Shown here: piece after piece, positions 1 to 8,215 of the stretch
Layout of the letters: the number at the start of each line of letters is the position of its first letter
Position numbering within the stretch: the stretch's first letter is position 1
Assembly: GCA_038040245.1 (NCBI GenBank)
Contig: JBBPIU010000001.1
Coordinates: forward strand, 1 to 60,602
Direction: 5' to 3'
DNA: 60,602 nt
Origin: Pseudomonadota bacterium
Lineage (GTDB): Bacteria; Pseudomonadota; Gammaproteobacteria; Burkholderiales; SG8-39
Notes under the pieces: generated by a model
The model's database searches: none
The model's input: the letters and a program-made list of their open reading frames with translations, nothing else
What the model was told of the DNA's origin: nothing
Translations under genes and position numbers: made by a program

Positions 1-52
1 TGGTGGCGCTCGCGAGCGTTGCCGCGGCGAGCAGGGTGTACAGGCGTTTCAT
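1..52 (-). CDS. N-terminal 17 codons of an exported protein (gene runs off the window start)
   Basis: ATG at 52-50 preceded by AAGGAGGGA Shine-Dalgarno (62-54, minus). Reads MKRLYTLLAAATLASAT, signal-peptide-like. Lies 37 nt downstream of a sigma-54 promoter match. Confidence 0.5.
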   Translation of the reverse strand, partial: MKRLYTLLAAATLASAT

Positions 53-88
53 GCTCCCTCCTTGGGTTAGAACAGCCAGAGTACTAAA

Positions 89-104
89 CGCAACAGCCAT
101 GCCA
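89..104 (-). promoter_or_regulatory. sigma-54 (RpoN) -24/-12 promoter
   Basis: Minus strand reads TGGCATGGCTGTTGCG, matching TGGCAC-N5-TTGC with correct GG-N10-GC spacing. Sits between a sigma-54 activator gene and the ATG at 52. Confidence 0.7.
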
Positions 105-153
105 TAAATTTAATCAATTGATTTCATGAATTTTTATTAATGTGAGCGGCCAC

Positions 154-226
154 TCTAAATAGGAAGTGCAAAAATCCCAGACATATATGTGACTGCTATT
201 TAGACATTATGTCCGAAATGCGGACA
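154..226. promoter_or_regulatory. candidate enhancer (UAS) dyads for the adjacent sigma-54 activator
   Basis: Inverted 9-mers TCTAAATAG (154-162) and CTATTTAGA (196-204), plus dyad TGTCCG-N5-CGGACA (210-226). They lie in an AT-rich spacer about 50-120 nt upstream of the -24 element. Confidence 0.3.
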
Positions 227-227
227 G

Positions 228-1658
228 CTATTTCAGGCCGGCCAGCTTCTCGTACAGCGTAGCTCGGGAAATGCCGAGCATACGGGCGGCCGAGACTTTG
301 TTGCCGCCGGTCGCCACCAAAGCCGACTGGATCGAGCTGCGTTCCAGTTCCGCGATCAATTGCGGCAGCGGCCGCAGCTGCGTGGCCTTCCTGCGCTCGT
401 TCTGAACGGTCGGTCCGGGAAGCACTGGCGCAAAATCCTCGGCCACCAGGCGCGGATTGTCGGTGAGCATCGCCGCCTGCTCGAGGGCGTTTCTCAGTTC
501 GCGGATATTTCCCGGCCAGCGGTGCGCGGCGAGTACCGCCAGCGCCGAAGGACTGAGATCGCGCTGCGGCATCCCGGTGCGCGCCGCGATTGATTCCAGC
601 AGGCTCTCGGCAAGCGTCTCCAGGTCGCTTAGCCGGTCGCGCAGCGCTGGCAGGCGCACCGGCAGCACGCTCAGCCGGTAGTACAGGTCTTCACGGAAGC
701 GTCCGTCGGCGACCATCGCCTTCAAGTCCCGGCTGGTTGCCGCGATCACGCGCACGTCTACCTTGATTATCTTGTTCGAACCGAGCGGCTCGATTTCCTG
801 CTCCTGGAGCGCGCGCAGGAGTTTCGCCTGCAGCGCGATCGGCATGTCGCCCGCCTCGTCGAGGAACAGCGTGCCCTTGTCGGCCAGCTTGAACTTGCCG
901 TCGCGCCCCTTGCGGTCGGCGCCGGTGTAGGCGCCGGGCGCGACGCCGAAAAATTCGGCTTCCAGCAGCGTCTCGGGAACCGCGGCGAGGTTCACGCCGA
1001 TGAACGGCCGCTCGGCGCGCGCTGAAGCCGCGTGGATCGCATGCGCGAGCAGTTCCTTGCCGGTGCCGGTTTCGCCCAGCAGCAGCACCGTCGAATCGGT
1101 CTGCGCCGCGCGCCGCGCCTGGCGCTTCACCTCGAGCGCGGCGGGGCTGGAGCCGATGAAACTCGCGAACGTGTATTTGGTGCGGCGCTGCGCGGCCAGT
1201 TCCCTGCGCGCCTCGTCCAGGTCTTGCTGCAGCCGCGCGAACTTGGCGATCAGCGGCTGCAGCGTGGTCTCCGGGTGGTCAAAGAGGACCATGCCGATCG
1301 CGCCGATCACTGTGCCGGCCTCGTCGCGCAGCGGAATCCGCGATACCACGAAGGTGCCCGCCTTGTTGGTGAGCAGGTCGATCAGGATCGGTTTGCCGGT
1401 CTCGATCACGTGGTGCATCAGCGTGTTCGGCACCACTTCCGCGACCGGGCGGCCGACGAAATCCTCCGGCCCGGCGAAGCCCAGCGCGGGCAGGAAGCGC
1501 TTGTAGCTGTCGTTTATCCAGACCACGCGGCCGCTGCGATCCACCAGCATCATGCCCTGGCTCAGGCTGGAGAACAGGTCGAACATCGAGCGCGCGGCAA
1601 GTTTGTGGATGCTGGCCGCGTCCTGCGGCAACAGGGAGGACGGCAAGACCTTCTTCAT
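228..1658 (-). CDS. sigma-54-dependent transcriptional activator (PAS-like sensor + AAA+ + Fis-type HTH)
   Basis: 476 aa. Walker [15 protein letters not shown] (GAFTGA-type sigma-54 contact loop), C-terminal [19 protein letters not shown]. Confidence 0.92.
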   Translation of the reverse strand: MKKVLPSSLLPQDAASIHKLAARSMFDLFSSLSQGMMLVDRSGRVVWINDSYKRFLPALGFAGPEDFVGRPVAEVVPNTLMHHVIETGKPILIDLLTNKAGTFVVSRIPLRDEAGTVIGAIGMVLFDHPETTLQPLIAKFARLQQDLDEARRELAAQRRTKYTFASFIGSSPAALEVKRQARRAAQTDSTVLLLGETGTGKELLAHAIHAASARAERPFIGVNLAAVPETLLEAEFFGVAPGAYTGADRKGRDGKFKLADKGTLFLDEAGDMPIALQAKLLRALQEQEIEPLGSNKIIKVDVRVIAATSRDLKAMVADGRFREDLYYRLSVLPVRLPALRDRLSDLETLAESLLESIAARTGMPQRDLSPSALAVLAAHRWPGNIRELRNALEQAAMLTDNPRLVAEDFAPVLPGPTVQNERRKATQLRPLPQLIAELERSSIQSALVATGGNKVSAARMLGISRATLYEKLAGLK

Positions 1659-2830
1659 TCCGCCCGCGCCTGCGGCTTGGGCCGGCGGCCGATGGTGATC
1701 GCGAGCTCCATGTCCTGTCCCTTGCGCTTCAGTTTCATTTGCGCGCTGCTGCCGGGCGCGATGCCGGTAACCACGTTCAGCACGCTTTGCGGATCGACGA
1801 TCGGCTTGCCGTCGATCGAGACCAGCACGTCGCCGGGCTTGGCGCCCGCCTTGTCGGCCGGACCGCCGTTCAGCACGCCGTTGATGATCGCGCCTTCCAG
1901 CGTGCCGAGCTTGAACGATTCGGCGAGCGCCGGCGTGATCGGCTGCAGCTCCACGCCGATCCAGCCGCGCGTCACCGTCCCGTTCTTGATGATCTGCTCC
2001 AGCACCACCTTGGCCGTCGACACCGGCGTTGCAAAGCCGATGCCCATCGAGCCGCCGCTGCGCGAGAAGATCGCGGTATTGATGCCCACCAGGTTGCCGC
2101 GCGCGTCGATCAGCGCGCCGCCGGAGTTGCCCGGGTTGATCGCGGCGTCGGTCTGGATGAAGTTCTCGAAGGTGTTGATACCCAGCCCCGAGCGCCCGAG
2201 GGCCGAGACGATCCCCGCAGTCACGGTCTGGCCGACGCCGAAGGGATTGCCGATCGCCAGCACGCTGTCGCCGACGCGCAGGTTGTCCGACGAGCCGAAG
2301 GTGATCGTCGGCAGGTCCTTCGCCTCGACCCGCAGTACTGCGAGGTCGGTCTCGGGGTCGTTGCCGACGACCTTGGCGAGCAGCTTCTTGCCGTCGGGCA
2401 GCGCTACCTCGATCTCGTCAGCCGCCTCGACCACGTGGTGGTTGGTCAGGATGTAGCCGGCCGGACTAACGATCACCCCGGAGCCCAGGCTGGAAGCGCG
2501 CTGTGTGTCGTCGCCGAGTTGATCGCCGAAAAAGCGCCGGAAGACGGGATCGTTCGGCAGGGGATTGCGCGATACCCGCACCTCCTTTGAGGTGAAGATG
2601 TTCACTACCGAGGGCGCCGCCTTGCGCACCGCGTCGTGATGTGAATCGGCGCGCGGCCCGCCGGTCGCGGTGCTGGGCGCCGCCTCCTGCTGCGAGAGCA
2701 CGGTCCGCATGGCTTCCGGCACCAGCCCCGGCCTGGACGGCAGCCATTCGGGCTTCAGCGTGGAGACCACGAACAGGACCGCCAGGCAGAGCGTGGCGGT
2801 CTGCGAAAAGATGATCCAGAGGCGGCGCAT
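1655..2830 (-). CDS. DegS/AlgW-type membrane-anchored HtrA serine endoprotease with one PDZ domain
   Basis: 391 aa. N-terminal TM helix, catalytic GNSGGAL motif, C-terminal PDZ-like region. 4-nt overlap with the downstream activator gene. Confidence 0.9.
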   Translation of the reverse strand: MRRLWIIFSQTATLCLAVLFVVSTLKPEWLPSRPGLVPEAMRTVLSQQEAAPSTATGGPRADSHHDAVRKAAPSVVNIFTSKEVRVSRNPLPNDPVFRRFFGDQLGDDTQRASSLGSGVIVSPAGYILTNHHVVEAADEIEVALPDGKKLLAKVVGNDPETDLAVLRVEAKDLPTITFGSSDNLRVGDSVLAIGNPFGVGQTVTAGIVSALGRSGLGINTFENFIQTDAAINPGNSGGALIDARGNLVGINTAIFSRSGGSMGIGFATPVSTAKVVLEQIIKNGTVTRGWIGVELQPITPALAESFKLGTLEGAIINGVLNGGPADKAGAKPGDVLVSIDGKPIVDPQSVLNVVTGIAPGSSAQMKLKRKGQDMELAITIGRRPKPQARAE

Positions 2831-2888
2831 GGGACTTTGTAATTTACCATGTTTCGCCTTTTGTTTTAACCACTTAGGCGCGAAAACG

Positions 2889-2917
2889 TGGACATTCCGC
2901 GAGTCGCCCGCTAAAAT
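2889..2917 (+). promoter_or_regulatory. candidate sigma-70 promoter for petABC
   Basis: TGGACA (2889-2894), 17-nt spacer, TAAAAT (2912-2917), about 40 nt upstream of the petA ATG. Confidence 0.4.
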
Positions 2918-2956
2918 CGTGGCTGTTCATCTTCCATTTCTCGTCCAGAGACTTAA

Positions 2957-3547
2957 ATGAGCGAAATAAAGATTGATCACACCCGGCGCAACCTGATTGT
3001 CGCCACCTCGGCGGTCGCGGGCGCGGCGGGCCTGGGTGCGGCAGTGCCCTTTGCCTGGAGCTGGTGGCCCTCGGAGCGCGCCAAGGCGGCCGGAGCGCCG
3101 GTCGAGGCCGATATCTCCACCCTCGCGCCGGGGGAGTTGCAGGTCGTTGAATGGCGCGGCAAGCCGGTGTGGATCATGCGCCGCACGAAGGAAATGCTCG
3201 AGGCGGTCCGCAAGTCGGACGACAAGGTCACCGACCCGAAATCCGAAGTCGCGGCGCAGCCGGAGTACGCGAAGAACGAGAACCGCTCGATCAAGCCCGA
3301 GTTCCTGGTGCTGGTCGGCATCTGCTCGCACTTGGGCTGCTCACCGCAGAGCAAGACCGCGGAGGCGAAAGGGGAAATGGGCGCGGACTGGGCGGGCGGG
3401 TTCCTGTGCCCGTGCCACGGCTCGAAGTTCGATCTTGCCGGCCGGGTCTACAAGGGAGCGCCGGCGCCGATCAATCTCGAGGTGCCGCCGCACGCCTACC
3501 TCTCGGACACCAGGCTGCTGATCGGCGAAGACAAGAAAGGGGCCTAA
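2957..3547 (+). CDS. petA: ubiquinol-cytochrome c reductase Rieske iron-sulfur subunit
   Basis: 196 aa. Rieske motifs CSHLGC and CPCHGS. Tat-like N-terminus RRNLIVATSAVAGAAGL. Confidence 0.96.
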   Translation: MSEIKIDHTRRNLIVATSAVAGAAGLGAAVPFAWSWWPSERAKAAGAPVEADISTLAPGELQVVEWRGKPVWIMRRTKEMLEAVRKSDDKVTDPKSEVAAQPEYAKNENRSIKPEFLVLVGICSHLGCSPQSKTAEAKGEMGADWAGGFLCPCHGSKFDLAGRVYKGAPAPINLEVPPHAYLSDTRLLIGEDKKGA

Positions 3548-3550
3548 GAC

Positions 3551-4825
3551 ATGGCCAGCCGTCTGATGGCGCTGTGGGACTGGTTCGACTCGAGGATGCC
3601 CTCGGTCGCGGAGGAATTCCGCAAGCACATGGCCGAGTACTACGCGCCCAAGAACTTCAACTTCTGGTACTTCTTCGGTGCGTTGTCGATCCTGGTGCTC
3701 GCGATCCAGATCGTCTCGGGCATCTTCCTGACGATGAACTACAAGCCCGACGCAAATCTCGCCTTCGGCTCGGTCGAGTACATCATGCGCGACGTTCCCG
3801 GCGGCTGGGCGATCCGCTACATCCATTCGACCGGCGGCTCGGCGTTTTTCATCGTGGTGTACCTGCACATGTTCCGCGGCCTGCTCTACGGCTCGTACAA
3901 GCAGCCGCGGGAACTCGTCTGGATCTTCGGCGTGCTGATCTACCTCACGCTGATGGCCGAGGCCTTTATGGGGTACCTGCTGCCCTGGGGCCAGATGTCC
4001 TACTGGGGCGCGCAGGTGATCGTGAACCTGTTCGGCACCGTGCCCTTCATCGGGCCCGATCTCGCGCTCTGGATCCGCGGCGACTACGTGGTGGGCGACG
4101 CGACGCTGAACCGCTTTTTCGCGCTGCACGTGATCGCGATCCCGCTGGTGCTGCTGGGCCTGGTGGCGGCGCACATCCTGGCGCTGCACGACGTCGGCTC
4201 CAACAACCCGGACGGCGTCGAGATCAAGAAGATAAAGGGCCCCGACGGCCATCCGCTCGACGGCATTCCGTTCCACCCGTACTACACGGTCAAGGACATC
4301 GCCGGCGCGGTCGTGTTCATGATGGTGTTCTGCGCGGTCATGTTCTTCGTGCCGGAGATGGGCGGCTACTTCCTCGAGTACAACAACTTCATCCCCGCCG
4401 ATCCGCTCAAGACCCCGTCGCACATCGCGCCGGTCTGGTACTTCACGCCGTACTACTCGATCCTGCGCGCGGTGCCGCCGCTGTTCAACTCGGGGTTTCC
4501 GGGCGTGATGGCGATGGGCATCGCGACGCTGATCCTGTTTTTCCTGCCCTGGCTCGACCGCAGCCCGGTGAAGTCGATCCGCTACCGCGGCATCCTCTAC
4601 AAAAGCGCGCTTGCGATTTTCGTCGTCGCCTTCCTGGTGCTGGGTTATCTCGGCACCGAGCCGATCACGGTGTGGGGCCAGTTCGGCCCCTGGCTGGGCA
4701 ACGCCGACGTGGCGACCGTGGCGGCGCGCGTCTTCACGGCGATCTACTTCGCGTTCTTCCTCCTGATGCCCTGGTATACGGCGATCGACAAATGCAAGCC
4801 CGAACCGGAGCGGGTGACGATGTGA
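3551..4825 (+). CDS. petB: cytochrome b
   Basis: 424 aa polytopic protein with typical cytochrome b sequence (NFNFWYFFGAL..., PEWYF-type VWYFTPYY). Starts 3 nt after petA. Confidence 0.96.
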   Translation: MASRLMALWDWFDSRMPSVAEEFRKHMAEYYAPKNFNFWYFFGALSILVLAIQIVSGIFLTMNYKPDANLAFGSVEYIMRDVPGGWAIRYIHSTGGSAFFIVVYLHMFRGLLYGSYKQPRELVWIFGVLIYLTLMAEAFMGYLLPWGQMSYWGAQVIVNLFGTVPFIGPDLALWIRGDYVVGDATLNRFFALHVIAIPLVLLGLVAAHILALHDVGSNNPDGVEIKKIKGPDGHPLDGIPFHPYYTVKDIAGAVVFMMVFCAVMFFVPEMGGYFLEYNNFIPADPLKTPSHIAPVWYFTPYYSILRAVPPLFNSGFPGVMAMGIATLILFFLPWLDRSPVKSIRYRGILYKSALAIFVVAFLVLGYLGTEPITVWGQFGPWLGNADVATVAARVFTAIYFAFFLLMPWYTAIDKCKPEPERVTM

Positions 4826-4833
4826 GGCGCGCC

Positions 4834-5556
4834 ATGAAAAAATTTCTGCTCGCGCTATTTTTCGTGCCGGCCGTCGCGGCGGCTGCCGAGGCCGGCTACC
4901 GGCTCGATCGCGCGCCGATCGATTCGAAGGACCTGCCCAGCCTGCAGGCGGGCGCGCGCACCTTCGTCAATTACTGCCTCAACTGCCACAGCGCGCAGTA
5001 CATGCGCTACAACCGGCTCACCGACCTCGGCCTCACCGAAGCCCAGATTCGCGACAACCTGATCTTCACCGACGCCAAGGTCGGCGACACGATGAAGGTC
5101 GCGCTCACGGTGAAGGATGGCAAGGCCATGTTCGGCGCCGCGCCGCCGGACCTCACGGTGATCGGCCGCTCGCGCAGCGCCGACTGGCTCTACACCTACC
5201 TGCGCACCTTTTACCGGGATCCCAAGTCACCGACCGGCTGGAACAATGCCGCGTTTCCGCAGGTGGCGATGCCGCATGCGCTCTGGTCGCTGCAGGGCGA
5301 GCGCGGGCTGGAGGTGGTCTCGCATGCCGAGAAGCACGTGCCGCCGGAGTACAGGTGGAGCCAGATTTCGCCCGGCACGCAGAACACGGTGCAGTACGAC
5401 ACCACGGTGCGCGACCTGGTGAACTTTCTCGTCTACATGGGCGAGCCCGCCGCCAATGAGCGCAAGCGGATCGGCATCTTGGTGCTGTTCGCGCTCGGCA
5501 TCCTGTTCATCTTCGCCTACGCGCTGAAGAAGGAATACTGGAAAGACGTGAAGTAG
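4834..5556 (+). CDS. petC: cytochrome c1
   Basis: ATG at 4834, internal to the track's long 3151..5556 ORF. Signal peptide MKKFLLALFFVPAVAAAAEA, heme motif CLNCH, C-terminal TM anchor. Confidence 0.93.
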   Translation: MKKFLLALFFVPAVAAAAEAGYRLDRAPIDSKDLPSLQAGARTFVNYCLNCHSAQYMRYNRLTDLGLTEAQIRDNLIFTDAKVGDTMKVALTVKDGKAMFGAAPPDLTVIGRSRSADWLYTYLRTFYRDPKSPTGWNNAAFPQVAMPHALWSLQGERGLEVVSHAEKHVPPEYRWSQISPGTQNTVQYDTTVRDLVNFLVYMGEPAANERKRIGILVLFALGILFIFAYALKKEYWKDVK

Positions 5557-5578
5557 TCGCTATCCCTAGGTAACGAAA

Positions 5579-5603
5579 GCCGGGCGCCGCCCGGCCTTTT
5601 TTT
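5579..5603 (+). terminator. rho-independent terminator after petC
   Basis: GCCGGGCG/CGCCCGGC stem followed by a run of 7 T. Confidence 0.7.
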
Positions 5604-5625
5604 CTCTGTCTGGAAAGCCCGCAAT

Positions 5626-6225
5626 ATGATGCAACTGTACTCCGGCACCACCTGCCCCTTCAGCCACCGCTGCCGCTTCGTGCTCTACGAGAAGGGCATG
5701 GACTTCCAGGTCATCGACGTGGACATGTACAACAAGCCCGAAGACATCGCGGTGATGAATCCGTACAACCGCCTGCCGGTGCTGGTCGAGCGGGATCTGG
5801 TCCTGTACGAGTCGAACATCATCAACGAGTACATCGACGAGCGCTTTCCGCATCCGCAGCTGATGCCGGCCGATCCGGTGATGCGCGCGCGCGCGCGCCT
5901 CGCGCTGTTCAACATGGAAGTCGAGCTGTTCTCGCAGATCGAGACGCTCGAGTCCGGCAAGGAAAAGCAGGTCGAGCGCGCCAAGGCGCAGGTCCACGAC
6001 CAGTTGGTGCAGCTCGCCCCGATCTTCACCAAGACCAAGCACATGCTGGGCGACGACTTCACCATGCTCGATGTCGCCCTCGCGCCGCTGTTGTGGCGCC
6101 TGGACCGCTACGGCATCAAGCTCGGCAAGCCGGCCGCGCCGCTGATGAAGTACGCCGAGCGCGTCTTCTCGCGCCCGGCGTTCATCGAGGCGCTCACGCC
6201 CTCCGAGAAAGTGATGCGCAAGTAG
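5626..6225 (+). CDS. sspA: stringent starvation protein A (GST-like)
   Basis: 199 aa. N-terminus MMQLYSGTTCPFSHRCRFVLYEKGMDF is typical SspA. Conserved pairing with sspB. Confidence 0.93.
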   Translation: MMQLYSGTTCPFSHRCRFVLYEKGMDFQVIDVDMYNKPEDIAVMNPYNRLPVLVERDLVLYESNIINEYIDERFPHPQLMPADPVMRARARLALFNMEVELFSQIETLESGKEKQVERAKAQVHDQLVQLAPIFTKTKHMLGDDFTMLDVALAPLLWRLDRYGIKLGKPAAPLMKYAERVFSRPAFIEALTPSEKVMRK

Positions 6226-6232
6226 TACGGCC

Positions 6233-6718
6233 ATGGCCAACGCCGAAATATCCACCAAGCCCTACCTGTTGCGCGCGCTCTATGAGTGGTGCGTGGACAA
6301 CGGCTACACTGCGCATCTCGCGGTGAAGGTGGATTCGCGCTCGCAGGTGCCCTCGGAATACGTGCGCAACGGCGAGATCACGCTGAATGTCTCGCCCAGC
6401 GCGGTGCACAAGCTGCAGATGGGCAATGAACTGATCGAATTCTCCGCCCGCTTCGCCGGCGTTGCGCGCCAGATCTCGGTGCCGATCGCCGGCGTCTACG
6501 CGCTCTACGCGCGCGAGACCGGCCACGGCATGACCTTCGATGTGGACGCGGTCAAGCCGCCGGTCCAGTCCGAAGCCGAGAAGGAACCCGCGAACGGGAG
6601 CTCGTCCAACGAATCCGGCCCCACCGCATTGCCCGCTCCGCGGGGCGCGGCTGGCGCGGCGCCCACAGAACCCACCAAGCCCACCGGCGGCAAGCCCCAG
6701 CTTCGGCGCATCAAGTAG
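6233..6718 (+). CDS. sspB: stringent starvation protein B (ClpXP adaptor)
   Basis: 161 aa. KPYLLRALYEWCVDNGYTAHL core. Disordered tail ending in a ClpX-binding-like LRRIK. Confidence 0.92.
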   Translation: MANAEISTKPYLLRALYEWCVDNGYTAHLAVKVDSRSQVPSEYVRNGEITLNVSPSAVHKLQMGNELIEFSARFAGVARQISVPIAGVYALYARETGHGMTFDVDAVKPPVQSEAEKEPANGSSSNESGPTALPAPRGAAGAAPTEPTKPTGGKPQLRRIK

Positions 6719-6734
6719 TAAACTTTTCCGCAGG

Positions 6735-6810
6735 GCCGGCTTAGCTCAGTTGGTAGAGCAACGGTTTTGTAAACCGAAGGTCGGCGGTTCGATCCCGTCA
6801 GCCGGCACCA
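6735..6810 (+). tRNA. tRNA-Thr (anticodon UGU)
   Basis: 76 nt. 7-bp acceptor stem GCCGGCT/AGCCGGC, D-arm AGCTCAGTTGGTAGAGC, anticodon loop TTTGTAA, T-arm GGTTCGATCCC, encoded CCA. Confidence 0.95.
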
Positions 6811-6825
6811 GCCTTTCGTCTGCGG

Positions 6826-6854
6826 TTGACCTAGTAATGCATGTGCATTACCAT
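6826..6854 (+). promoter_or_regulatory. candidate prlF-yhaV promoter with palindromic operator in the spacer
   Basis: TTGACC (6826-6831), 17 nt, TACCAT (6849-6854). The perfect dyad GTAATGCA-TG-TGCATTAC (6834-6851) lies inside the spacer. Confidence 0.45.
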
Positions 6855-6885
6855 GGCGCCTTCGCTTCATTCTTCGGTCCCTGTC

Positions 6886-7215
6886 ATGCGCGCCACGCTC
6901 GAGCTCGAATCCACCCTGACCGACCGCTACCAGACCACCGTGCCGGGCTCGGTGCGGCGCGCTCTGCGCCTCGGCAAGCGCGACAAGATCCGCTACCTCG
7001 TGCAAGGCGACGGCACGGTGGTGCTGACCCGGGGCAGCGCAGCGGGCGAGGACGATCCGGTGCTCGCCGGCTTTCTTCAGTTTCTCGCCAACGACCTGGC
7101 TTCGCGCCCGGGCCGGGTCCGGGCGCTGGACCGGAAACTCGCGACGCGCATCCGGTCGCTGGTAAGGGGCGTCAAGGTCAAGCTCGACGAGCCGCTCGAT
7201 CCCGGGGGCGAGTGA
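6886..7215 (+). CDS. prlF: PrlF(SohA)-family type II antitoxin (AbrB/SpoVT fold)
   Basis: RYQTTVPGSVRRALRLGKRDKIRYLVQGDGTVVLTR matches the PrlF swapped-hairpin N-terminus. Start set at the ATG at 6886 (about 109 aa) because the track start at 6841 lies inside the promoter/operator. Confidence 0.8.
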   Translation: MRATLELESTLTDRYQTTVPGSVRRALRLGKRDKIRYLVQGDGTVVLTRGSAAGEDDPVLAGFLQFLANDLASRPGRVRALDRKLATRIRSLVRGVKVKLDEPLDPGGE

Positions 7216-7234
7216 CGGGGCGCCGCGCGCCCCG

Positions 7235-7750
7235 GTGAGGCCCGGGTCGCAGCCCGAAGAACCGCCGCTGGTGGTCAACGGCTGGACGCTGTTCGCCCAC
7301 CCGCTGTTTCTCGACCAGCTTGAGAGGCTCGCCGCCCAGGTCGAGCGCCTGAAAGCGCGCGATCCGGCGGGTTACCGCGGCAAGAACGCGACCAAGCGGC
7401 TCGCGGCGATCGTCAAGCTCGCGCTAGAGGTGATCCCGCAGGACCCGGCGCGCGCCGAGTACCGGCAGGGCGATACGCTGGGCGCTGCGCGCAGGCACTG
7501 GTTCCGCGCGAAATTCTTCCAGCAGCACCGCCTGTTTTTCCGCTTCCACCAGACCTCGCGCATCATCGTCTATGCCTGGGTCAACGACGCGGACACCCGG
7601 CGCGCCTACGAAAGCGCCAACGACGCCTACCGCGTGTTCCGGCGCATGCTGGAGAGCGGACACCCGCCCGAGGACTGGAATGCGCTGCTCGCCGAGGCGA
7701 AAAAGGGGCTGCAACGCATGAAAAGTATCACCAGGCGCGGGCAGCCTTGA
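7235..7750 (+). CDS. yhaV: YhaV-family type II toxin (ribonuclease)
   Basis: VNGWTLFAHPLF...RLFFRF...IIVYAWVND...AYRVFRRMLESGHPPEDW parallels E. coli YhaV as I recall it. The start is uncertain: GTG 7235 or GTG 7271. Confidence 0.82.
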   Translation: MRPGSQPEEPPLVVNGWTLFAHPLFLDQLERLAAQVERLKARDPAGYRGKNATKRLAAIVKLALEVIPQDPARAEYRQGDTLGAARRHWFRAKFFQQHRLFFRFHQTSRIIVYAWVNDADTRRAYESANDAYRVFRRMLESGHPPEDWNALLAEAKKGLQRMKSITRRGQP

Positions 7751-7831
7751 GCCGGACGCGCGCCTGCCAGCCGCTCCACAACACGACCATTCATTTTTTA
7801 ACTCGTTGCATAGCTCCCCCGAAATGCAGCA

Positions 7832-8215
7832 TTACGGTGCGAGAGTCTCGAGATGTTGCGGGTTTCCGGCAGGCTGGATGATTCCCCCCGCAGGAATGGT
7901 CAGCGGTGCGCGCTCATCGGCCGCGCGCTGACGCTCTATCGGCCGCAGTTCCTGCGGCGTGTCGGGTTTTACGTCGATCAGTTGCCTTGCGCTGACGTTG
8001 TCCAGCCGCTGGCGCTCGCCGGATTGGCGCGCATCGAGTTCCTGCATGCGCCTCAGATCGCCCGGCGGCACCTGGAGGCGCTCTTGAGACTGCCGCAGTT
8101 GCAGCAGGAAAGCATCGGATTGCTGCTGGCGCTGGATGAGTTGGCGCTGGAGGTCCTGCTCCTGGGCGAAGGCGGGAAGCGCAATGCCGGTGAGCAGGAG
8201 GGCGAGGAATCGCAT
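7832..8215 (-). CDS. small secreted Gln/Arg-rich coiled-coil protein, last gene of the moxR operon
   Basis: ATG at 8215 overlaps the upstream TGA by 1 nt. Signal peptide MRFLALLLTGIALPAFA-QE. Confidence 0.6.
   Translation of the reverse strand: MRFLALLLTGIALPAFAQEQDLQRQLIQRQQQSDAFLLQLRQSQERLQVPPGDLRRMQELDARQSGERQRLDNVSARQLIDVKPDTPQELRPIERQRAADERAPLTIPAGGIIQPAGNPQHLETLAP

Noticed and set aside
3151-5556. 801-aa ORF spanning petA, petB and petC
   Set aside because: This is an off-frame read-through typical of GC-rich DNA. Only its last 241 codons (from the ATG at 4834) correspond to cytochrome c1. The rest is Arg/Gly/Pro-rich shadow overlapping the clearly real petA and petB frames.
7751-7831. 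Direct repeat of the tRNA-Thr 3' end marking an island boundary after yhaV
   Set aside because: There is only a degenerate 12-13-nt resemblance (CAGCCGCTCCACA versus CAGCCGGCACCA) and no integrase gene. This is insufficient to call an att site.
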